Positions 10,768-20,754 of a stretch of DNA of 48,442 nucleotides are shown piece by piece. The notes beneath the pieces were generated by a model that was given only the letters and a program-made list of their open reading frames with translations, was not told where the DNA came from and searched no databases. Positions within the stretch are counted from its first letter, which is position 1, and the number at the start of each line of letters is the position of its first letter. The position numbers and the translations under genes were made by a program. Origin of the DNA: a bacterium (GTDB lineage Bacteria; Pseudomonadota; Alphaproteobacteria; Caulobacterales; Caulobacteraceae); contig VFBG01000002.1 of NCBI GenBank assembly GCA_006515835.1, positions 1-48,442 of the forward strand. The letters are read 5' to 3'.

Positions 10768-10782
10768 GAACAAAGCAAGAAC
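10768..10782 (-). promoter_or_regulatory. alphaproteobacterial LexA (SOS) box
   Basis: GTTC-TTGCTTT-GTTC on the minus strand (GTTC-N7-GTTC consensus), about 24 nt upstream of the radical SAM start. Confidence 0.85.
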
Positions 10783-10861
10783 TTTGTCCGCCGAAAGGTA
10801 ATTGTTTTGAAAGTGCGGAGGGTCGGCTTGCCTTGACCATCCGGGCTCATATCGTCGCCGG

Positions 10862-11557
10862 ATGAAGATGATCGGACTGATTGGCGGCATGAGCTGGGAA
10901 AGCTCGGCCGAGTACTATCGCATCCTGAATCAGGGGGTCCGCGACCGGCTGGGCCCGACCGCATCCGCGCGCTGTCTGCTCTGGTCCTTCGACTTCTCGG
11001 AGATTGAACGCCTGCAGCATGACGGCGACTGGGCCGGCCTGACCGCCCGCATGACCGACGCCGCGCGCCGTCTGGAGGACGCAGGCGCGGACGTGCTGCT
11101 GATCTGCACGAATACGATGCATCGGATGGCCGCAGACGTGCAGGCGGCGGTATCGATTCCGTTGCTGCACATCGCTGATCCCACCGCCGTTCAGATCAAG
11201 GCCGCGGGGTTCAGCAAGGTCGGGCTGTTGGGCACCGCTTTCACGATGGAGCACGACTTCTACAAGGGCCGGCTCAGGGACACGCATGGGCTGGACGTGA
11301 TCGTTCCCGATGACCGGGATCGTTCGACAGTCCACCGGGTGATCTATGACGAGCTGGTCGCCGGCAAGGTGACGGCGGAATCGCGTGAAGCCTACCGTCA
11401 GGTGATCGCCCGGCTGGTGGCGGAGGGCGCGGAAGCGGTGATCCTTGGATGCACCGAGATCATGTTGCTGGTGAAGCCAGAGGACAGCCCGGTCCCGGTC
11501 TTTGATACGACCGCGCTCCACGCCGAAGCCGCTGTTGCGATGGCTCTCGAAGGCTAG
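10862..11557 (+). CDS. aspartate/glutamate racemase family protein (YgeA/RacX-like)
   Basis: IGLIGGMSWESS, ICTNTMH and ILGCTEI catalytic Cys motifs. Confidence 0.92.
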   Translation: MKMIGLIGGMSWESSAEYYRILNQGVRDRLGPTASARCLLWSFDFSEIERLQHDGDWAGLTARMTDAARRLEDAGADVLLICTNTMHRMAADVQAAVSIPLLHIADPTAVQIKAAGFSKVGLLGTAFTMEHDFYKGRLRDTHGLDVIVPDDRDRSTVHRVIYDELVAGKVTAESREAYRQVIARLVAEGAEAVILGCTEIMLLVKPEDSPVPVFDTTALHAEAAVAMALEG

Positions 11558-11593
11558 CAGCGCCGGACCGGCCTGCGAGCATTGTCGCTGTTA

Positions 11594-11688
11594 GCCCTGC
11601 TACGCCAAGGCTTCGCAGGGCATCCTGCTTCGCGCCTTGACGCCCCGCAGGACAAGTCCTGCGAAGCGCCGAGGCGCGAAGCAGGATG
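11594..11688. repeat. nested palindromic (cruciform) element abutting the tRNA-Leu 3' end
   Basis: Hairpin GCCCTGC..GCAGGGC; perfect 17-bp arms 11621-11637 and 11672-11688 enclosing CGCAGGAC-AA-GTCCTGCG. Confidence 0.8.
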
Positions 11689-11771
11689 GTGCGGATGAGA
11701 GGACTCGAACCTCCACGCCTCGCGGCGCCAGAACCTAAATCTGGTGCGTCTACCAGTTCCGCCACATCCGC
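11687..11771 (-). tRNA. tRNA-Leu (TAG)
   Basis: Reverse complement is GCGGATGTGGCGGAACTGGTAGACGCACCAGATTTAGGTTCTGGCGCCGCGAGGCGTGGAGGTTCGAGTCCTCTCATCCGCACCA: 85 nt with a long variable arm. Confidence 0.97.
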
Positions 11772-11813
11772 CAGGTCCGATGGAGCGTCTAGGCGAGCCC
11801 GGATCAACCGGCA

Positions 11814-11849
11814 ACGAAAAAGGCCCGGGATCGCTCCCGGGCCTTTCGT
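11814..11849 (-). terminator. rho-independent terminator of the permease gene
   Basis: AAAAAGGCCCGGGA-TCGC-TCCCGGGCCTTT hairpin. Confidence 0.82.
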
Positions 11850-11871
11850 CTTCCAGACCTGATCGCGAGGA

Positions 11872-13363
11872 TCAGTCCTTCTGATTATCCACGCCGGAGC
11901 CCATGGCCTCGGCCGGCGACGACATCGTGGAGTCTTCGGTGATGTCGATGCCCTTGGCGAGCTTGGAGTTCCAGAAGCCGTAGATGATGTAGATCACGGC
12001 TCCGACCGCGGCGTAGGCGCCGAGGATGGTGAGCGGCAGCGGGTTGCCGTCCATGGCGTGCTGGATCATCGGCCAGAAGTTGAAGCCGGCCAGAGGACGC
12101 CGCGATGGCGATCAGGATGCCCAGCAGGATGGTGCCGATCCAGGGTGTGCGGAACTTCGGATGGATGACCGAGAAGACCCGCGGCAGCAGGCCGTCACGG
12201 GCCATGGTGTAGAAGATGCGCGTCTGGCCGTAGCACAGGACCAGCATGACCGAGGTCAGGCCGGTGATGGCGCCGACCTTGATCAGGAAGCTGATCAGGT
12301 TCAGCGGGCTGCCATCGGGCGTGATGAACGCCGTGTCGGCCCATTCCAGACCCATGCGGTCGATGGCGACGGCCACCGGCGCCGGGCTGGCCAGCTCGAG
12401 GTAGGGGACCACGCCGGTCATGACGGCGGCCACGGCCATATAGATGAGCGTGCAGACGATCAGGGCGCCCAGGATGCCGACGGGGACATCCTTGGAGGGG
12501 TTCTTGGCCTCGGCCGCCGCGGTCGAGACCGCTTCGAAGCCGACGTAGGCGAAGAAGATGATGGAGGCGCCACGGAGAATGCCGGAGGCCCCGTACTCGC
12601 CGAACTTGCCGGTCGTGTTCTCGGGGATGAAGGGCACCCAGTTGTCAGGGTTGATGTACTGGATCCCGACCGCGATGAAGGTCAGCAGCACTACGATCTT
12701 GATCATCACGATGATGTTGTTGATCGAGGCGGATTCGCTGACGCCCAGCACCAGCAGGCTGCAAACGGCGGCGATGCCGATGGCGGCGACGAGGTTGAAG
12801 GTGCCCGTCAGCGGGAAGCTGGCGATGCCCGTATCCGAGGTGACCGACTGGATCAGCGGCGTGGCCCAGGAGGGCCCTTCGCCGCCGGCGTACTGGATCA
12901 TCGGGAACAGGCCGTCGGCCACGCCGAAGTCACGCAGGATGGAGACGACATAGCCGGACCAGCCGACCGCGACGGTCGAGGCGGCGACGCCGTATTCCAG
13001 CACCAGAAGCCAGCCCATGATCCAGGCGAAGACTTCGCCCAGGGTGCCGTAGGCATAGGTGTAGGCAGAACCCGAAACGGGCATGGTCGAGGCCAGCTCG
13101 GCGTAGCAGAGGCCGGCGAGACCGCAGGCGATGCCCGCGACCACGAATGACAGCATGATCGCCGGGCCCGCGTTGGCGGCCGCGACCTGGCCGGTCAGAA
13201 CGAAGATACCGGCACCGATGATGGCGCCGATGCCGAGGCTCATCAGGTTGATGGGTCCCAGAGACCGCTTCAGCTCGCTCTTGGCGGCCTCTTTCTGGAT
13301 CTGGGCTACGGATTTCTTGAGGAACAGGCGGTTCCCCTTGGGCCTAAGGCCTTCTGCGGACAT
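11872..13363 (-). pseudogene. APC-family amino acid permease with internal deletion and frameshift near 12095
   Basis: GIGAIIGAGIF, FFAYVGFE, ARDGLLP motifs. After ..IAIAASS the frame turns to non-family sequence, while the true C-terminus (LAGFNFWPMIQH..YIIYGFWNSKL) is in another frame. The expected intervening TM segment is absent. Confidence 0.82.
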
Positions 13364-13520
13364 CGAGTCTCGCCCCCTGATACACGGCGAGTCCTCCCCG
13401 GACTGCCTTCAATGGCGCGGACGCTAGCGGCGTGGGGGCGCGCTGGCAACGCGGTTTCCGAACGGTGAACGCCTGACGACGCTTTCGTGAAGGGGGCCCG
13501 AGCGGCTAGAGCCTTGGGCG

Positions 13521-15944
13521 ATGCTGCCGATCCACGCTGTTCTTGAGCCGCTGAAGGCCGCCCTCGAGGCGGGCGTCTCCGCCGTGCTGGCCGCGCCCCC
13601 GGGGGCAGGCAAGACCACGGTCGTGCCGCTGGCGCTGCTCGGCGAGGCATGGCTGAACGGTGGAAAGATTCTTGTGCTGGAGCCACGGAGGCTGGCGGCG
13701 CGGGCTGCGGCAGAGCGGATGGCGGCCACGCTTGGCGAGGCGACCGGCGAGACAGTCGGCTATCGCACGCGGCTGCAGAGCCGGATCGGACCGAAGACCC
13801 GGATCGAGGTGATCACCGAGGGTGTGTTCACGCGAATGATTCTCGACGATCCGGGGCTGGAGGGCGTCGGGGCCGTTCTTTTCGACGAGTTTCACGAGCG
13901 GTCGCTGGACGCCGACCTGGGGCTGGCGCTGGCGCGGGAGACGCAAGGGCTGCTGCGGGACGACCTGCGGCTGCTGGTGATGTCGGCGACGCTCGATATC
14001 GGCGGCGTGTCGCGCCTGCTCGACGGCGCACCTGTCATCGAGGCGGAGGGGCGGATGTACCCGGTCGAGACCCGCCATCTCGGGCGCAATCCTGTCGAGC
14101 GGATCGAGGATGCCTTGGCCCGGGCCGTGATGCAGGCGCTGGGCGAGGAGACGGGCTCGGTGCTGGTCTTTCTGCCGGGGCAGGGGGAGATTCATCGCAC
14201 GGTACAGCGGCTGGCGGAACGGCTGCGCGATCCGGCGGTGGACGTGGTTCCCCTGTACGGCGCGCTGGACCGGGAAACGCAGGACCGGGCCATCGAACCG
14301 GCCGCGCCCGGACGCCGCAAGGTGGTGCTGGCGACCTCGGTGGCGGAGACCAGTCTGACCATCGAGGGGGTGCGGGTGGTCATTGACGGCGGCCTGTCGC
14401 GGGTGCCGCGGTTCGAGCCGTCCAGCGGACTGACCCGGCTGGCGACAGTGCGGGTCAGCCGGTCGTCGGCGGAGCAAAGGCGCGGCCGGGCAGGGCGGAT
14501 GGAGCCGGGCGTCTGCTATCGTCTGTGGGACGAGGCGGCGATGCGGGGGCTGGTTCCGCACCAGCGGCCGGAGATTCTGGAGGCCGATCTCACGGGTTTC
14601 GCGCTCGATCTGGCGCGATGGGGCACCCGGTCGACCGAGGCGCTGGCGTTGCTTGACCAGCCACCGGCGGGGGCCTTTGCCGAGGCGCGCAAGGTGCTTG
14701 CGAGACTTGGCGCGCTGGACGAGGCGGGGGCGCTGACGGCGCACGGACGGCGGATGACGCGCATCCCGCTTCCGCCGCGGCTGGCGCATATGGTCGCTGC
14801 GGCGAGCGATGGCGGGGATGCGGCGCTGGGCGCAAGGATCGCCGCGGTGCTGGGCGAGCCGGGACTGGGCGGCAACGACGTCGATCTGAGGGACCGGCTG
14901 CGTGGACTGGAGCGCGACCGGTCGCCAAGGGCGCGGGATGCGATCAAGCTGGCCGACAGGTGGGCGCGCGCAGCCGGCGGGGGGCAGGGCGGCGAGGCCG
15001 ACGTCGGCGCGCTCCTGGCAGAGGCTTTTCCAGAAAGGGTGGCGAAGGCGCGGGGCAAGCCGGGCGAGGTGCTGCTGGCGTCGGGGCGGGGTGCCTTCCT
15101 CGATCCGACCGACGCCCTGGCGCGGGAACCCTGGCTGGCGGTCGCGGAACTGGGCGGCGGGGATGCGCGGGACCGGATCAGGTTGGCGGTTCCCGTCGAT
15201 CCGGCGGCGCTGGAGCGGCGGATCGAGGTCGAGGACCGGCTGGCGCGTGAACCATCGGGGCGGATGACCCTGCGCCGCATCCGCCGCATCGGGGCGATCG
15301 TGGTCGACGAGAAGATCGTCGGCGCACCCGACCGGGCGTCGATCACGGCGGCGCTGCGGGCGGAGGTCGATCGGGACGGGCTGTCGGGCCTGCGCTGGGG
15401 CGAACGGGCTGGCGGGCTGAGGGCACGGCTGGCGTTCGTGGGCGGCCTCGAGGACGGCTGGCCGGATGTGTCCGACGAGGGTCTGCTGGCGGCGCGCGAG
15501 ACCTGGCTGTGGCCGCTGCTGGATGCGGTGCAGGCGGTGGAGAAGATCGACGACGGCGCGCTGGAGGCGGGGTTGCGGGCGCTGATCCCGTGGGACCGGC
15601 AGCGGTCGCTGGAAGAGATGGCGCCGGCGCGGCTGGCGACGCCGCTCGGCTCGGCGGCCATCGACTATGCGGCCGAGGGCGGACCTCGGGTCGATATCCG
15701 GGTGCAGGAACTGTACGGGACGACCGTGCATCCGACGGTCGGCGGCGGGCGGGTTCCGCTGACGCTGGCGCTGCTGTCGCCCGCGCGGCGACCGGTGCAG
15801 GTGACGAAGGACCTGCCCGGCTTCTGGGCCGGCAGCTGGGCCGCGGTGCGCAGTGAAATGCGCGGCCGCTATCCGCGCCATCCCTGGCCGGAGGACCCGA
15901 CCAAGGCTGAGGCCACCAGCCGGGCCAAGCCGCGCGGGACGTGA
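13521..15944 (+). CDS. hrpB: ATP-dependent RNA helicase HrpB
   Basis: APPGAGKTT, DEFHERS, MSATL, QRRGRAGR, C-terminal DLPGFW..GRYPRHPWP. Confidence 0.96.
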   Translation: MLPIHAVLEPLKAALEAGVSAVLAAPPGAGKTTVVPLALLGEAWLNGGKILVLEPRRLAARAAAERMAATLGEATGETVGYRTRLQSRIGPKTRIEVITEGVFTRMILDDPGLEGVGAVLFDEFHERSLDADLGLALARETQGLLRDDLRLLVMSATLDIGGVSRLLDGAPVIEAEGRMYPVETRHLGRNPVERIEDALARAVMQALGEETGSVLVFLPGQGEIHRTVQRLAERLRDPAVDVVPLYGALDRETQDRAIEPAAPGRRKVVLATSVAETSLTIEGVRVVIDGGLSRVPRFEPSSGLTRLATVRVSRSSAEQRRGRAGRMEPGVCYRLWDEAAMRGLVPHQRPEILEADLTGFALDLARWGTRSTEALALLDQPPAGAFAEARKVLARLGALDEAGALTAHGRRMTRIPLPPRLAHMVAAASDGGDAALGARIAAVLGEPGLGGNDVDLRDRLRGLERDRSPRARDAIKLADRWARAAGGGQGGEADVGALLAEAFPERVAKARGKPGEVLLASGRGAFLDPTDALAREPWLAVAELGGGDARDRIRLAVPVDPAALERRIEVEDRLAREPSGRMTLRRIRRIGAIVVDEKIVGAPDRASITAALRAEVDRDGLSGLRWGERAGGLRARLAFVGGLEDGWPDVSDEGLLAARETWLWPLLDAVQAVEKIDDGALEAGLRALIPWDRQRSLEEMAPARLATPLGSAAIDYAAEGGPRVDIRVQELYGTTVHPTVGGGRVPLTLALLSPARRPVQVTKDLPGFWAGSWAAVRSEMRGRYPRHPWPEDPTKAEATSRAKPRGT

Positions 15945-15994
15945 GCGTGCCGACTTCGCTTGCCTTTTGCAGCCAACGCGCCTAGAAGCCCGCC

Positions 15995-16105
15995 CACTTC
16001 ACACGCAGGCGTGGCGCTGACGGGGAGAAATCCCGTTTGCTCCGTTCCGAGGGCCAAACGGCCTTTACCCGTCTGCGGCGGATCAATCGGATAAAGGACT
16101 ACACC
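15995..16105 (+). promoter_or_regulatory. structured rpsB 5' leader (probable S2 autoregulatory element)
   Basis: Starts CACACGCAGGCG and can pair with CGTCTGCG near 16070-16077; sits directly before rpsB. S2 leaders are known in bacteria. Confidence 0.5.
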
Positions 16106-17029
16106 ATGGCTCTGCCAGAATTCTCCATGCGTTCGCTGCTCGAAGCCGGCGCCCACTTCGGCCACCAGACGCACCGGTGGAACCCGAAGATGGAGCGCTA
16201 CATCTTCGGTTCGCGCTCGAACATCCACATCATCGACCTGTCGCAGTCGATCCCGCTGCTGCACCAGGCGCTGGTCGCCGTGCGCGACGTCGCCGCCAAG
16301 GGCGGTCGCGTCCTGTTCGTCGGCACCAAGCGCCAGGCCGCCGACCCGGTCGCCGAGGCCGCCAAGCGCTGCGCCCAGTACTACATGAACAACCGCTGGC
16401 TCGGCGGCACCCTGACCAACTGGCGCACCGTGTCGGGCTCGATCGCCCGCCTGCGCGAGCTGGAAGGCCTGCTGGAGTCGGGTGGCGACGGCCGCGTCAA
16501 GAAAGAGCTGCTGAACCTGCAGCGCGAGAAGGACAAGCTCGAGCTGTCGCTGGGCGGCATCAAGGACATGGGCTCCATCCCGGACATCATGTTCGTGATC
16601 GACACCAACAAGGAGGCCATCGCCATCCTTGAAGCCCGCAAGCTGAACATCCCGATCATCGCCATCCTCGACACCAACTCGGACCCGGACGGCATCACCT
16701 ATCCGATCCCGGGCAACGACGACGCCGCCCGCGCCATCCAGACCTACTGCGACCTGATCGCCGACGCCGTCCTCGACGGTCTGGCCGCCGGCCAGGCATC
16801 GCAGGGTGTCGACCTGGGTGCCGCGGTGAACCCGGACGAGCCGATGCTGCGCGAAGCCAAGGCTCCGAAGGCCGCCAAGGCTGTTGAAGCCGAAGTGGCT
16901 CCCGCCGAGGCTGAAGCCGTTGCCGAGGAAATGATCGCCGCTGCTGAGCCGGCCGTCGCCGATGAAGCCGCCCAGGCTGCGACCTCGGAAGCCAACGACG
17001 CCGTCGAAACCGAGGAAGCCGCGGTCTAA
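16106..17029 (+). CDS. rpsB: 30S ribosomal protein S2
   Basis: [34 protein letters not shown]; Ala/Glu-rich C-terminal tail; AAGGA SD before ATG 16106. Confidence 0.98.
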   Translation: MALPEFSMRSLLEAGAHFGHQTHRWNPKMERYIFGSRSNIHIIDLSQSIPLLHQALVAVRDVAAKGGRVLFVGTKRQAADPVAEAAKRCAQYYMNNRWLGGTLTNWRTVSGSIARLRELEGLLESGGDGRVKKELLNLQREKDKLELSLGGIKDMGSIPDIMFVIDTNKEAIAILEARKLNIPIIAILDTNSDPDGITYPIPGNDDAARAIQTYCDLIADAVLDGLAAGQASQGVDLGAAVNPDEPMLREAKAPKAAKAVEAEVAPAEAEAVAEEMIAAAEPAVADEAAQAATSEANDAVETEEAAV

Positions 17030-17121
17030 GCGACCCCGCCTTTCTATCGACGGTGAAACTGACATACGGCCGGGCTAGATGCCCGGCCGTTCCCGCATAC
17101 GCATACCCAAGGAGACTACCC

Positions 17122-18063
17122 ATGGCCGAGATCACAGCCGCCCTCGTGATGGAACTGCGCGCCAAGTCCGGCGTCGGCATGATGGACTGCAAGAAGGCGC
17201 TTCAGGAAACCGACGGCGACATCAATGCCGCGATCGACTGGCTGCGCGCCAAGGGCCTGTCCAAGGCCGCCAAAAAGGCTGACCGCGTCGCCGCTGAAGG
17301 CCTGGTCGCCGTGGCCTCGAAGGAAGTCGGAGCCGGTGAAGTCGGCGCCGCCATCGAGTTCAACGCGGAAACCGACTTCGTCGCTCGCAACGACCTGTTC
17401 CAGAACGCCGCCAAGTCGTTCGCCCAGCTGGGCCTCGAGCACGCCACGCTCGAAGGTCTGCACGGCGCCGAGCTGGAAGCCGGCAAGTCGGTCCAGGACG
17501 AGGTCACCCAGCTGATCGCCACCGTCGGCGAGAACATGCAGCTGCGTCGCGCCGCGCGTCTGTCGGTCGATGAAGGCGTCGTCGCCTCCTACGTCCACAA
17601 CGCTGTCTCGCCGGGCCTCGGCCGTATCGGCGTGCTGGTCGCCCTGCACGGCGGCGGTGACAAGACCGCCCTGCGCGAACTGGGCCGCAAGATCGCCATG
17701 CACGTGGCCGCGACGGCTCCGCTCTCGCTGAACACGGACGATCTGGACCCGGCCGCGATCGAGAAGGAACGTCAGGTCCTGACCGAAAAGGCCAAGGAAG
17801 AAGGCAAGCCTGAAGCCATGATCGCCAAGATCGTGGAAGGCCAGATCAACAAGTTCCAGAAGGACGTCGTGCTGATCAAACAGCCGTTCGTCATGAACCC
17901 CGACGTGACCATCGAACAGCTGGTTGCTGACGCGGGCAAGGAACTGGGCGCGCCCGGCCTGCACCTCGCCGGCTTCGTCCGCCTCGCGCTCGGCGAAGGC
18001 GTCGAGAAGGTCGAGGGCCCGGACTTCGCCACCGAAGTCGCCCAGATGTCGGGCGGCCAGTAA
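17122..18063 (+). CDS. tsf: elongation factor Ts
   Basis: [22 protein letters not shown]; AGGAG SD; follows rpsB. Confidence 0.98.
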   Translation: MAEITAALVMELRAKSGVGMMDCKKALQETDGDINAAIDWLRAKGLSKAAKKADRVAAEGLVAVASKEVGAGEVGAAIEFNAETDFVARNDLFQNAAKSFAQLGLEHATLEGLHGAELEAGKSVQDEVTQLIATVGENMQLRRAARLSVDEGVVASYVHNAVSPGLGRIGVLVALHGGGDKTALRELGRKIAMHVAATAPLSLNTDDLDPAAIEKERQVLTEKAKEEGKPEAMIAKIVEGQINKFQKDVVLIKQPFVMNPDVTIEQLVADAGKELGAPGLHLAGFVRLALGEGVEKVEGPDFATEVAQMSGGQ

Positions 18064-18087
18064 GGCCTGTTCGAATAGTCACTGACG

Positions 18088-18121
18088 AAGGGGCCGGCGG
18101 GCAATCGCCGGCCCCTTTTTC
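18088..18121 (+). terminator. rho-independent terminator after tsf
   Basis: AAGGGGCCGGCG-GGCAAT-CGCCGGCCCCTTTTT. Confidence 0.88.
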
Positions 18122-18188
18122 GTTCCGGCGTTTGCGGACAATGGCGTCTCAGGTCAAATGGGGGTCGATTGATTCAAGAGGCCTGTCC

Positions 18189-19796
18189 ATGAAGCGTCTG
18201 CTTGTCGCCGTATCCGCTCTCTCCATCCTCGCCTCCGTTCCGGCCGCCGCACAGGACGTGGATCGGGTCGCCATCAATGGCATCATCGATCAGGGGCTGA
18301 ACCACAGCGAGGTCATGGTGACTGCGGCGTGGCTGACCGACCGGATCGGTGGGCGGATGACCAACTCGCCCCAGATGCGGCAGGCTGAGGAATGGACCGC
18401 CCAGCAGTTCCGCGACTGGGGTCTGTCAAACGTCCGCGCCGACCCGTTCGATTTCGGCCGCGGCTGGTCGATCGTGCGCTCGAGCGCCCGCATGACCGCC
18501 CCGCGTCCCCTGGACCTGCGCGCCATCCCGATCGCCTGGACGCCGTCCACGCCTGGCGTGATCAGTGGCGAGGTGATCGTCGCCCCGATGGCGAACGCCG
18601 GCGATTTCGCCAAATGGCGCGGCAAGCTGGCTGGCAAGATCGTGCTCGTCTCACGGCCGACCGCGGTTACCGACCCGACCCAGCCGGCGTTTCGTCGCCT
18701 GACGGACGAGGACCTGCGCAACGCCAATACTTACAACATCCCCAGCCATGGCGCGCCGTCTACCGGCGGGCCGGTCACGCGCGACTTCGCGGGTCAACTG
18801 GACGCCTTTCTCCAGGAGGAAGGCGCGCTGGCCTGGGTCCGCATGTCCCAGCGGGACGGCGGCCTGCTACACGGCACGGGCTCCGGCTATCGCATGGACG
18901 ACCAGCGGCTGACCCCCGGGATGGAGCTGGCAGCAGAAGACTATCGCCGGCTGGCCCGGCTGGCGTTGACCGAGGACGCCAAACCCACGCTGGAACTGAT
19001 GAGCGAGGTTCGGTTCCACGCGGAAGACACCAACGCCTACAACATCCTCGCCGACATTCCGGGCACAGACCGGTCCGGTGAATACGTCATGGCCGGCGCT
19101 CACCTGGACAGCTGGGTCGCCTCGGACGGCGCGGTCGACAATGCCGCCGGTACGGCCGTGGTCATGGAGGCCGCGCGGATCCTGAAGGCACTTGGCGTCC
19201 GTCCCAAGCGGACGATCCGCTTCGCCCTCTGGAATGGGGAAGAGCAGGGGCTCTGGGGCTCGCTGGCCTATGTTGACCGCTATCTGGCGACCCGGGCCCC
19301 GACGGGCGACGCCGCACAGGACGCCCAGCCCAACAACCGCACCTGGCGTCAGCGTTGGCCGATCCAGCCGCGCGAAGGCCATGGCGACCTGGTCGCCTAT
19401 TTCAACCTCGACAACGGTTCAGGGAAGATCCGGGGCATCAACGCCGAGGGGAATGTCGCCGCCGCTCCGATCTTTGAGGCGTGGCTGGAGCCCTTCAACG
19501 CCATGGGTGCGACGACCGTGTCGATGCGGACCGCCGGCGGGACCGATCACGTCTATCTGCAGACCGTTGGCGTTCCCGGCTTCCAGTTCATCCAGGACCC
19601 GCTGGACTACAGCGTGCGCCTGCACCACACCTCGATCGACAGCTATGACCATTTGCGGGCCGAGGATTTGCGTCAGGCCGCGGTCATCATGGCTGCCTTC
19701 CTGCTGAACGCCGCCAATAGCGACGAGCCGCTTCCGCGCATGCCCGTCCCGACCCGCCCCTCGCCGACGGACCCGTTCGCATTCCCTGCCAACTGA
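18189..19796 (+). CDS. secreted M28-family (carboxypeptidase Q-like) metallopeptidase
   Basis: Signal peptide; GAHLDSW, DGAVDNAAG, GEEQGL, GTDH, HHT zinc-ligand motifs. Confidence 0.9.
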   Translation: MKRLLVAVSALSILASVPAAAQDVDRVAINGIIDQGLNHSEVMVTAAWLTDRIGGRMTNSPQMRQAEEWTAQQFRDWGLSNVRADPFDFGRGWSIVRSSARMTAPRPLDLRAIPIAWTPSTPGVISGEVIVAPMANAGDFAKWRGKLAGKIVLVSRPTAVTDPTQPAFRRLTDEDLRNANTYNIPSHGAPSTGGPVTRDFAGQLDAFLQEEGALAWVRMSQRDGGLLHGTGSGYRMDDQRLTPGMELAAEDYRRLARLALTEDAKPTLELMSEVRFHAEDTNAYNILADIPGTDRSGEYVMAGAHLDSWVASDGAVDNAAGTAVVMEAARILKALGVRPKRTIRFALWNGEEQGLWGSLAYVDRYLATRAPTGDAAQDAQPNNRTWRQRWPIQPREGHGDLVAYFNLDNGSGKIRGINAEGNVAAAPIFEAWLEPFNAMGATTVSMRTAGGTDHVYLQTVGVPGFQFIQDPLDYSVRLHHTSIDSYDHLRAEDLRQAAVIMAAFLLNAANSDEPLPRMPVPTRPSPTDPFAFPAN

Positions 19797-19965
19797 GTTC
19801 CTGACCGGCCCGGTTGCAGTTCCACGCCGGGCCGGCGTGACGGCGCGTTGACGGCAGTCCTTTCGCGACGACCTTCACCCGGGGCGCGACGGAACAAAGG
19901 GTTGCGCGCCCAGACTCCCCGGCTTCATCGACGCGACCACTTCGCGACGAGCGGGGCAGCGTATC

Positions 19966-20694
19966 GTGACACCCATCAATGGCGGCTGGACCATCATCGA
20001 CGCCGAGGCCGGCGTCTGGATGCGAGAATACAGTTTCGATGGCCGGGCTACGGCGAACTGTCTGGTCGCCCGCATGGCCGACGACAACCTGCTGGTCATC
20101 AGTCCGGCCTGCAATATGACCGAAGCCGCATTCGAGACGCTGCAGCGTCTGGGGCATGTCGGCGCCATCGTGGCCAACAATGGCATGCACTATCTGGGAC
20201 TGGCCGAATGGGCCGCCCGCTTCCCGAACGCGAGCGTCCATGCGCCGGGCGCTGCCATGACCCGACTCCGCAAACGATCACCAAGCCTCGGGTCCATTCT
20301 GCCGTTCGACAGCCTGACCGGCCGGCTCCGCGGCCGGATCCACGTCATCGAAGCGCCGTTTACCCGTTGTGGAGAGTCGGTGACAGCCATCCGGATCCGG
20401 AGCGGCTGGGCCTGGTTTGCCTCAGACCTTCTGGTGAATCTGGAGCGCGTGAACGCGTCGCTGCCGGTCCGGCTGCTGTTCCGAGTGACCGGCAGCGGGC
20501 CGGGCTATCGCATCTTCAACCTGGCTATGAAGCGGACCGTTGCTGACCGCGCTGCTGTGCTGTCGTGGCTATCGGCCGAGTTGATGCAGCGTCCGCCGGT
20601 CATCATCGTACCGTCTCACGGCCGGATTCTGGATCACCCGGGGCTCTATCGACAGACCCAGGACATGGTCTCGGCAGCGCTTCGACTACGCTAG
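19966..20694 (+). CDS. hypothetical protein, DUF4336-like / metallo-beta-lactamase-fold-like
   Basis: LLVISP, IVANNGMHYLGL, FASDLLVNL, IVPSHG resemble degenerate MBL-fold motifs; GTG start uncertain. Confidence 0.6.
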   Translation: MTPINGGWTIIDAEAGVWMREYSFDGRATANCLVARMADDNLLVISPACNMTEAAFETLQRLGHVGAIVANNGMHYLGLAEWAARFPNASVHAPGAAMTRLRKRSPSLGSILPFDSLTGRLRGRIHVIEAPFTRCGESVTAIRIRSGWAWFASDLLVNLERVNASLPVRLLFRVTGSGPGYRIFNLAMKRTVADRAAVLSWLSAELMQRPPVIIVPSHGRILDHPGLYRQTQDMVSAALRLR

Positions 20695-20754
20695 CTGCGG
20701 GCGCGACAAAGCAACCACCTTCTCCGGCGACGCCGGACCGGCTAAGTCCTGCTG

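Noticed and set aside
11554-11814. ORFs across tRNA-Leu, and a possible integrated island at this tRNA
   Set aside because: The ORFs are spurious; there is no integrase and no duplicated tRNA 3' end (att site) in the window.
16850-17029. Ala/Glu-rich repetitive C-terminal tail of RpsB
   Set aside because: Common feature of alphaproteobacterial S2 proteins.
19891-19916. GGAAC..AGACT as an ECF promoter for the 19966 gene
   Set aside because: The -10 element does not match a consensus I can assign with confidence.
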